Part shown: one piece after another, positions 38,497 to 46,719 of the stretch
How positions within the stretch are numbered: position 1 is the stretch's first letter
How the letters are laid out: each line of letters starts with the position of its first letter
Assembly: GCA_951406725.2 (NCBI GenBank)
Contig: OX597814.1
Coordinates: 119,102,001 to 119,166,000, forward strand
Length of the DNA: 64,000 nucleotides
Direction: 5' to 3'
From: Octopus vulgaris
Taxonomy: Eukaryota
The notes under the pieces: generated by a model
The model's input: only the letters and a program-made list of their open reading frames with translations
Told to the model about the DNA's origin: nothing
Database searches by the model: none
Made by a program: the position numbers and the translations under genes

Positions 38497-38654
38497 GTGT
38501 GGTGTGGCTGTGTGGTCGGAATTCATTCACAAACAGACGGCTCCGTGTTCAGTTTCACTGCGTGGAGACCTGTGCAAGTGCCTTCTAATACAACTCCGGG
38601 ACAGCGAAAACCTTTTCAGTGAATTTGATAGACAGAAATTGACAGAAGACCGTC
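38497..38654 (+). mobile_element. SINE family 1, old 5' half followed by (TCTA)n
   Basis: GTGGCTGTGTGGT...TTCAGTTTCACTGCGTGG...GACAGAAGACCGTC. Confidence 0.7.
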
Positions 38655-38736
<82 letters not shown>

Positions 38737-38742
38737 ATATCT

Positions 38743-38795
<53 letters not shown>

Positions 38796-39063
38796 GTGTG
38801 TATACAAATTTCACATTTCTAAACTAACTATATGAACTATATTCGGAATACAAGACCATATAACGGATTTTACATATGAACATTATGGATTATTGCAGAA
38901 GAATAACCAAGGAAGTATATATGGATTTAAAGACTCATCAAAAGTAGTAATTTTTAAATTTTAATTTATATTTCAAACACATACCATTTTGTAGTATTAC
39001 TTGAAATTTTAAAAAAACCCAAAAAACTACCATTCGATATGTTATACAAAATTCAAATTTTAT

Positions 39064-39153
39064 ATCTCTGAAGAGCAGAAGAGTTGTCTATAAATGCTTA
39101 TCAATATAGGATTTCATTATATGGACAACACTTCTGTGAAACGAGCGTAAGGT
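39064..39153 (+). ncRNA. Putative type I hammerhead ribozyme (Penelope-type, long stem II, minimal stem III)
   Basis: ATCT-CTGAAGA-[GCAGAAGAGTTGTCTATA...TATGGACAACACTTCTGT]-GAAAC-GAGC-GTA|AGGT. The core CUGANGA, GAAA and GUA triplet are intact and all three helices can pair. Confidence 0.65.
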
Positions 39154-39323
39154 GCTTTAAATACTTAATTCAAAACTTTTAAACTGTCGTATACATTATA
39201 TACTTATACATATTTACATATATTTTGAAACATATTTATATATATTTTTATGCAACAATTATTTTTCACACATGTATATATTTCTGAGGAGTTTCCTGAT
39301 ATTGATTTCCAAATATTAATAAT

Positions 39324-39388
<65 letters not shown>

Positions 39389-40095
39389 GAGATTCGTTTT
39401 AAGTATAAGAATATACCATAAACAAGTATGAAAGATAAAACAGAAATAAAATTATTATAAAACTGGATTCAATGCAAACAATTTAAGAAAAAATTATTAA
39501 ATCTTAGTTACTAAAAATATAATTGAAAATAAACAATAAAAAAAAATAAAATTAAGAATAAAAATAAAAATAATGTTTAAAATTTAATTTATGCATTGTC
39601 ATTCTCATCAGTTTAATAAGATGAAGTAGAATAGCAATAAAATAAGATAAAATAGAATACGAAAACACAGATGGGACAATAAAGGAAATCTGGTAATTTT
39701 CAAACCACGTTGTGAACAGGAAAAATAATATCAACAATACTAATGGTGAGAGAGACAAAAAATAAAAAATTAAAAAAATACAAATATATATCAATGCGCA
39801 GTGAAACTCTAACATAAGAATCCAACGGATGTGTTTAAAACAAGTAATAATGATAAACACCGTTCTAGACGAAATACAGTGTAAACAAAGCCACATGTGT
39901 CTATTAGAGTACAATGTAACAATTTTACGAGCACAAGGAAGCCATAGAGGGTTATACGTGTACATAATATTATTATTGAAAAACGAGTAAATATATATAT
40001 ATATACTTTGATACTTTGATACTTTGATAGGTTTCGGCCATTATTGGCCCAGGCCATGTCTAACTTAATAGCACCACCTGGTGAAGTCTTTCAAG

Positions 40096-43000
40096 TCAGA
40101 ATTTGGGCACTATGGCCCACTCAAGTAGAGAGTTATTGTTTACAGAGACATATCCGGGTGTAGGGGGTTTATCCGGGATTTCTTGAAGGAATCTGTCCAA
40201 AGACTTCTTGAACCCTATAGGGTCAGTTTCTGTTTTAATGTGTTTTGGTGTAATGTTAAAGAGAGCGGGGCCAATTGAGGTGAAATAATTGTGCCGTATT
40301 GTTGTTATGAGATGAGAGTGCGATTTTTGTTTTGGGCGGATGGCACGGGGCCCAAGCCTTGGATGTACCTTAAAGGTGATGCCAACATCATTTGGGCAAT
40401 GCTGATGGAATATTTTCCACATCATGCAGATGATGTAGCGCTCACGACGACGTTGGAGAGAATAGAGTTTTAGCTTTTCTAGTCGACCCCAATAGTCGAG
40501 GCCTGTCATGCCATCTATCTTTTTTGTGATTGCCCTTTGAGGTGCTTCGACTTTTATGATACCTTGTATTGTGTGGGGAGACCACAGTGGACAACAGTAT
40601 TCAAGGTGGGGTCGGGCAAAAGTGGAGAAGAGAAGGATAATGGTGTGGATATCTCTCGACTGGAAAGTTCTGAGAATCCAGGAACACATTCTGCGGGCCA
40701 TGTCAACTTTGGTGTTTATATGAGTGGCCCAGCTTACGTTGTTGTCCACAATTACTCCCAAGTCTCTGATGTTGTTGGACGCCGCGAGAGTTTCACCTGA
40801 AGGAAGGGAGTATGGGAGTTTCAGGGCATCCTCTTTTCCAAAGTGGATTAGCTCAAATTTATCCTCGTTCAGCAGCATATTGTTTTTTTCTGCCCATTGG
40901 ATAACAGCCAGTAGATCTGACTGAAGGCATGTCCGGTCACTCGCCTCATTTATGACCTTCTGTAGCTTGGAGTCATCTGCAAAGATTTTTATGTTGCTGT
41001 GCTTGATGATGTCATTAATGTCATTAATGTAAATGATGAAAAGAAGTGGGCCCAGCACAGTGCCTTGCGGAACGCCACTACTGACTTTGGCTGGGCTTGA
41101 TTTTACCCCTTCAACTACAACATGTTGAGATCTGTCTGTCAGGAAACACTTAATCCATTTCAGTAACTTTCCAGAGACACCAATGTTGGATAGTTTTTTC
41201 AATAGGATCTTGTGATCGACCCTGTCGAAGGCCTTACTGAAATCAAGGTAGATGACATCGGTGTTGGAGCCCTCTCCCAAAGCTCTCAAAATGTCCTCAA
41301 AGTGATGCAGGAGCTGCGTTAGGCAGTCCCTTCCATTACGGAACCCATGTTGGTTGGAGATCAGCCGTCTGTTGCTTTCCAGAAATTGGGTTATTTGAGA
41401 TCTCACCACCCTCTCAAATACCTTGATGATATGAGAGGTGAGTGAGATCGGACGGTAATTCACTGCAAGGGACTTGTTTCCCTTTTTGAAAACTGGGACA
41501 ACAGACTGGGACAGAAGGTTTTTTGGAATATAGCCAGCATCCAGTGAGTTTCTCCACAGATTAGCAAGGGGAGATGCAAGTTGGTGTCGACACACCTTCA
41601 GGACACAAGCAGGGAACCTATCGGGGCCTACTGCTGAATTGTGTTTTATTTCGTTTATCGCCGCTAAGACATCAGGGGCACTAAACGTTATGTCCGATAT
41701 AGTGTGTTGGGGGTTGACATCACTGATACAGCCCAGATCAGCCATATCAGGATTGCTGAAAACAGAGCAGTATTGTTTCTGCAGTATCTCGGCCATGGAT
41801 TTGGCATTATCTTGGAGAGTGCCAGTTTCGTCAATTAGAGGGCCTACAGTGGAGACAGTGACCCTGCGTTTCCTCGCAAATGAAAAGAACACTTTGGGGT
41901 TGAGTTTGATTTTTTCAATGGCCCACTTCTCCTCAGCTGATCTTTGGTTATTGATGAGGGACTTCATGCATTGTTGGAGGTTATATTTTTTGGATTCAAG
42001 CAGTGCGATAGCCGTCGAATGTGTGTGTTGCTGTTGGCAGTACTTTAGTTTGTTAATTTTTTTGTTTGTTCTTTTTATTTTTCTGATAATGGTTTTTCTG
42101 TTTTGGGGGATTCTGCACTTTTTGTTCACAGGTCTTGGTGGGGAGTGTTTTGCACATATGTCTGTGACGGTGTCTACAAAGATCTGCCAAGATGTTTTAT
42201 GGTTGGTGGAGATTTGTGTATGTGTAAAGGACCAGTCAACATTTGATAGCTCGTTCCTGATTGCATCCCAGTTGGCTTTATGGAGATCCATGTTGTCAAA
42301 TGGGTGGGCTGGAGGAAGGTCACTAGGATTAGCTTTCGGCTGGTGGAATTTCATGTTACAGAGAACCATGTCATGGTCTGAAAGAAGGGTTTTTTCCACT
42401 GTAACGTTATGTATAGTGTTAGTGTGGTTACTAAACACTAGGTCCAAAATGTTCTGATGTCTTGTTGGTGCAAGGACAAGTTGGGACAAGAAAAACTCAT
42501 TCGTAAAGTCGAAAAGTGACTCTGCTGCTTCTTTGTCAGCGGTTGAGGCGGGAGTGCTTGGTTTCAAACAGTTTGTAGTCCAGTCAACACAGGGTAGATT
42601 GAAGTCTCCCATCATGAGTATGTTGCTAGAATGGCACTGTTGAATAAAGCACTTAATGCTGTTGAGGCATTCTTTAAAGCACAGTATGGGTGTTTGGGGC
42701 GGCCTATAGAGCCCAATTACTGTCAGATCATTGGCTTTGTTGTGCACGGTGACTGATTCACAGTAGCCGTTGGAGAATATACTATTTCCATCTGCCGTAA
42801 ATGAATCATGCAGGAAAATGGCAGTTCCACCCTTCCTCCTGCCGATACGATCCGCGCGGATGGTTGTGAAATTCTTCACTCTCACTTCGGCTTCCAAGTG
42901 GGAGTTGTCAAGGTGGGTCTCAGTGAGAATGAAGAAAGGGATGTGGTGTGAATGGTTACCAACCCAGTCTTCAATGAATTGGACCTTCCATTTTTGTGCA

Positions 43001-43131
43001 TTGATGGAAGGGCTGACACCTTGTGCATTGAGTAGGAATGTGGAGGTTAGTGTAGTGGCTGGTTTTGACTGTTGCAGGGGGCTTGGATTTTTTGTGTGTG
43101 TTAGTGGCAGCAATGTGGGGAATTGGTGCAC
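40096..43131 (-). CDS. LINE B ORF2: APE endonuclease + reverse transcriptase (frame open up to 43227; no AUG before the endonuclease)
   Basis: LLNAQG, LTETHL, YRPP, MGDFN, ILDLVF, SDH, NYRPISLTS, QHGFR, YLDFSKAFD, GVPQGTVLGPLLF, FADD and LYSLQRRR. The listed start is GTG, and the first real Met is inside MMGDFN. Confidence 0.95.
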   Translation of the reverse strand: MHQFPTLLPLTHTKNPSPLQQSKPATTLTSTFLLNAQGVSPSINAQKWKVQFIEDWVGNHSHHIPFFILTETHLDNSHLEAEVRVKNFTTIRADRIGRRKGGTAIFLHDSFTADGNSIFSNGYCESVTVHNKANDLTVIGLYRPPQTPILCFKECLNSIKCFIQQCHSSNILMMGDFNLPCVDWTTNCLKPSTPASTADKEAAESLFDFTNEFFLSQLVLAPTRHQNILDLVFSNHTNTIHNVTVEKTLLSDHDMVLCNMKFHQPKANPSDLPPAHPFDNMDLHKANWDAIRNELSNVDWSFTHTQISTNHKTSWQIFVDTVTDICAKHSPPRPVNKKCRIPQNRKTIIRKIKRTNKKINKLKYCQQQHTHSTAIALLESKKYNLQQCMKSLINNQRSAEEKWAIEKIKLNPKVFFSFARKRRVTVSTVGPLIDETGTLQDNAKSMAEILQKQYCSVFSNPDMADLGCISDVNPQHTISDITFSAPDVLAAINEIKHNSAVGPDRFPACVLKVCRHQLASPLANLWRNSLDAGYIPKNLLSQSVVPVFKKGNKSLAVNYRPISLTSHIIKVFERVVRSQITQFLESNRRLISNQHGFRNGRDCLTQLLHHFEDILRALGEGSNTDVIYLDFSKAFDRVDHKILLKKLSNIGVSGKLLKWIKCFLTDRSQHVVVEGVKSSPAKVSSGVPQGTVLGPLLFIIYINDINDIIKHSNIKIFADDSKLQKVINEASDRTCLQSDLLAVIQWAEKNNMLLNEDKFELIHFGKEDALKLPYSLPSGETLAASNNIRDLGVIVDNNVSWATHINTKVDMARRMCSWILRTFQSRDIHTIILLFSTFARPHLEYCCPLWSPHTIQGIIKVEAPQRAITKKIDGMTGLDYWGRLEKLKLYSLQRRRERYIICMMWKIFHQHCPNDVGITFKVHPRLGPRAIRPKQKSHSHLITTIRHNYFTSIGPALFNITPKHIKTETDPIGFKKSLDRFLQEIPDKPPTPGYVSVNNNSLLEWAIVPKF

Positions 43132-44330
43132 TGGGGTAATAGCATAGGATGGTGTTGAGTGATGGCTAGAATGTTTTTGTGTATCTCTTTTGCCATGTTC
43201 AACATGGCTAAAAAAGAATTTTCCTGCTTAGGGAGCAGTTTTTGGCTGGGGGTGTGGTTGCACTGTTGGATAGGGTTGTAGTTTCCACTTTTGTTGTTGT
43301 TGTTTTTGTGTCTTCCTGAAAAGACTGGACCAGCATTACTGCAGCATGGTGTGTTTCTATTTTTATTGTTATTCAGGTTTGTGTGTTGGCTTGAGGCCCC
43401 GTTTCTGTTTGTGCGTCGGGTCCCTGGAAGATGAGTGAAGGGACAGTCACTCAGTAGACATGTTCTCTCACGTTGGGAATACCGGCAGATTTTGGGACTC
43501 CGAGTTGTGTGTGTTTTGAATTTCGATTTACTATTTGGTGGTGTTGATGTTATTGTGGGATGCGTGCTTTGGCCTTGGCCAGTAGTGCGTCTAGTGCCGG
43601 GTAGATGCGTGAAGATGCAGTCACTATTTGTGCAGAGTCTCTGGCGCAGTGAATAGCGGCATATTTGGGGATTTCTTGTTTGTGCCGTGGGGGGCGCATT
43701 CTGCTTCCTATGTTTCTTTAAGTTTTTGTTACTGCAGTAGTATTGAGGTGGTGATGTGGGGGAAGAGGGCAGTGGTTTCTTATTTGGTTTTCTGTTGGTA
43801 TTTTTGGTGATAGAAGACGATGGTGGCAGCGGTGGTGATGATGATGATGATAATTGTGGTGGTTGCTGTGAGAGCGGTGAAAAGATACTGGCATTTAGTG
43901 AATCGTCTAGTAAGCTAGAGTTGAGGAGTGGCTGTTGTTGTTCTTGTTGCTGTGGCTGTTGTTGTTGTTGTTGTGCCTGACCGATGTCAGGGTCAGCCAT
44001 TGTGTTGGGAACCAGGAGTGGCTCATTCTGTTGTTGTTGTTGTTGTGGCTGCTGATTTTCTAGCTGTTGTTGTTCTTGAACTGTGAAAATATGTAGAAGC
44101 TTTTCATAATGGCCTCTTATCAGTTTGAAAGATACTTCGATATGTTTCAACTTGCTACGAATCTGTTTGACGGATCGTGTGTTGACCACTTGTGATGTTT
44201 TTTCGGCAATCTCATTCAAACACAAGACATTTAGATTTTCTGTTTGGGAAAGAGAGAGCCATGTGTTTATTAAAACATCAATTTCGTTATCAGACCAATT
44301 TCGTCTGTTGCAGGCCTGCAAGTTAGTCAT
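43101..44330 (-). CDS. LINE B ORF1 (409 aa): Myb/SANT-like N-terminus, Q/P/S-rich linker, two C-x8-C-x4-C-x3-H zinc fingers
   Basis: WSDNEIDVLINTW...IAEK...RSVKQIRSKLKHI at the N-terminus. The fingers are CRYSLRQRLCTNSDCIFTH (43605-43661) and CRYSQRERTCLLSDCPFTH (43431-43487), each followed by LPGTRR. Confidence 0.88.
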   Translation of the reverse strand: MTNLQACNRRNWSDNEIDVLINTWLSLSQTENLNVLCLNEIAEKTSQVVNTRSVKQIRSKLKHIEVSFKLIRGHYEKLLHIFTVQEQQQLENQQPQQQQQQNEPLLVPNTMADPDIGQAQQQQQQPQQQEQQQPLLNSSLLDDSLNASIFSPLSQQPPQLSSSSSPPLPPSSSITKNTNRKPNKKPLPSSPTSPPQYYCSNKNLKKHRKQNAPPTAQTRNPQICRYSLRQRLCTNSDCIFTHLPGTRRTTGQGQSTHPTITSTPPNSKSKFKTHTTRSPKICRYSQRERTCLLSDCPFTHLPGTRRTNRNGASSQHTNLNNNKNRNTPCCSNAGPVFSGRHKNNNNKSGNYNPIQQCNHTPSQKLLPKQENSFLAMLNMAKEIHKNILAITQHHPMLLPQCTNSPHCCH

Positions 44331-44657
44331 GTTTGTTTTTCTTTTGTTTGTTTTCCTTTTGATTTTTGAAAATATATATATTCTTTCTTGGGAGTTAAAG
44401 AAGTGTATATATATATAAATGTTCTCTCTTAAGGGTGTGAGTTTTTGATTATTTGGTTGTTTGAGGATATTAAAAGAAAAACAGGTGTATATAACAATTT
44501 GTAGTTAAATGAAAACGTACTTACGGGTTTGTAGGCAAACACGTGGTTACAAATATATATATATTTAAGGTCAGTTAGTTTTGAAGCTGTGTAGCTTGCT
44601 ACTGACTCGGGAGAGAAACAAATAGACGTCCGTCCAGTTCAACAGTTAATCCACATA

Positions 44658-44689
<32 letters not shown>

Positions 44690-44696
<7 letters not shown>

Positions 44697-44747
44697 TGTA
44701 TACATAATTATAATATATATATATATATTATAATTGTATACATAATC

Positions 44748-44782
<35 letters not shown>

Positions 44783-44883
44783 ATTGTATACATAATTATA
44801 ATATATATATATATATATATATTATAATTGTATACATAATTATAATATATATATATATATTATAATTGTATACATAATTATAA
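44690..44883. repeat. Tandem array (~5 units) of TTATAATTGTATACATAATTATAA separated by (TA)n
   Basis: The units are directly visible, and the last one is the left end of the adjacent palindrome. Confidence 0.9.
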
Positions 44884-45125
44884 CAAGGGCTTGGCTTGCG
44901 CCTCACCACGCACTGAAAAATAGACGACAAAAGATACTATTGCCACCGTAAATTATCCGAGAAAAACACAATATATATAGGCTAGTAGAACAAAGAAAAT
45001 TAATTAAAAATTCGCTTGTAATTCGGGAGGAATTATTGGTGGCAATAGTGTTTTTGACGTCCATTTTTCAATGCGTGTTGAGGCGCAAACCAAGCCCTTG
45101 TTATAATTATGTATTTAATTATAAA
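44860..45125. repeat. Fold-back element (~95-bp arms)
   Basis: ATACATAATTATAACAAGGGCTTGGCTTGCGCCTCACCACGCACTGAAAAAT pairs with ATTTTTCAATGCGTGTTGAGGCGCAAACCAAGCCCTTGTTATAATTATGTAT. Confidence 0.9.
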
Positions 45126-45201
45126 ATATTTATAAAAATTTTCCCTATGAAGTTCTATTTCCCCCGCTGACCACTTGGTAGAAATCATTTATGATTTTAC
45201 C

Positions 45202-45255
<54 letters not shown>

Positions 45256-45411
45256 TACCAGAAGCTTAAAGCTGATGAACAAAGCTATGTTTAAGCTCTA
45301 TTTTTTTGTATTTGTTTATGTTATATTCTTATACTTATAACGAATCTCCTCAAATATTATTTTCATATTCTTATTACCTGCTTCGGTTGTTCATCATGAA
45401 TATGATGGGAT

Positions 45412-45459
<48 letters not shown>

Positions 45460-45465
<6 letters not shown>

Positions 45466-45729
45466 AAGTTAGCACAATGCATGAGGATACGGAAACTGCG
45501 TCGACCTATTTAGAAATAGAAACTAAATTCCTAATTCAACCGCTAGAAAGCACCAAATAAGAGAAAAACAACAGTAAGCGAGGGAACGTATAAAGAATTT
45601 CCTCGCCTGCTGTTGTTTTTTTCTGTTATGTGGTGCTTTCTGACGATTGAATTAGGATATTAGCTTCTATTTCTAAATCGGTCGATGCTGTTTCCGTCTC
45701 CTCATGCCATGTGCGAACTTTAAATTTTA
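45460..45729. repeat. Fold-back palindrome (~125-bp arms, short spacer)
   Basis: GCATGAGGATACGGAAACTGCGTCGACCTATTTAGAAATAGAA pairs with TTCTATTTCTAAATCGGTCGATGCTGTTTCCGTCTCCTCATGC. Confidence 0.9.
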
Positions 45730-45859
45730 TAGCTATATAATACCATTTGACCTGTTGATGCGCGGTGTTACAGCTGTTAATATTATTTAAATTATTCAGC
45801 GCAGATGATATTAAGAGTGGAGATAGCTTATTTCGTGTGTGAACACTCGAACGCTTTTG

Positions 45860-45919
<60 letters not shown>

Positions 45920-46199
45920 TTCCTGACTACCCACAGAGTATTAGAAACTATTTTAGCTTCTAATTTTCAATTTTCATTTCCTGATTTTCTACGTTGTATT
46001 TTTAACATTTATAAGATAGACATACAAATCGAAACCCGTAATATTCTATAAAAGTCACTTAATGCAACAAATGTAAAAATGTTTATACTGTCCGATCAAG
46101 GAAATGGGTAAAAAAATCTTTACACATACTTTCGCGCAGTTTCCACCTTTAATTTTACGTATAATCATTGATTTGGATGTATTCTTAACACCTTTTCAA

Positions 46200-46252
<53 letters not shown>

Positions 46253-46719
46253 GTGTGCTTTCTTATTATTTTGTTATTTTAATATTCAATCCTTAATATT
46301 TTTATATTTCGTTTTTGTATTTGGCTTCCAAGAGTCTTTATGTGAATTCGTGTGTTGAAGCATAATTTATTTTGTCTGGGGAAAGTAATTCTCTTTTAGT
46401 GCCTTATTATTTAACATACTCACCGGTTCGAATTCCACTCATTTACTTATGAGTATGAGATAAATGTAAAAAAAAAAACGTTTTACATACCGTAGTCCAA
46501 TTTCCCTCTGCCACCGGGCACCTTACCCGGTCCACTTCCTCAGAGATTCGTAGAAAATGTTGTAATTGTGGATTATCTGGGTCAAGTAGTTGAAAACCTG
46601 TTAAGTTTACACCGCCGTATTTCAGCCTCTCAAGTGGAAGATTAATGAATCCCTGAAATAATAATAATAATAATAATAATAATATTAATAATGATAATAA
46701 TGAGAAGAAAAAGAAGAAA

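Larger units (their letters stand above)
40003..44655 (-). mobile_element. CR1-group LINE B, apparently full-length (5' UTR, ORF1, ORF2, structured 3' UTR, (TATCAAAG)n tail), inserted in (TA)n
   Basis: Two uninterrupted overlapping ORFs, ~320 bp of unique 5' UTR, an 8-nt tandem tail at 40003-40030, and TA repeats on both flanks. Confidence 0.92.

Noticed and set aside
41639-42457. 272-aa plus-strand ORF
   Set aside because: It is the antisense shadow of LINE B ORF2, with a GTG start and no recognisable domain.
44690-44883. CRISPR-like repeat-spacer appearance
   Set aside because: The spacers are only (TA)n, there are no cas genes, and the context is eukaryotic.
45262-45300. CTGATGA inside a small AGCTTAAA/TTTAAGCT hairpin
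   Set aside because: There is no GAAA or cleavage triplet in the right geometry, so it is not a hammerhead.
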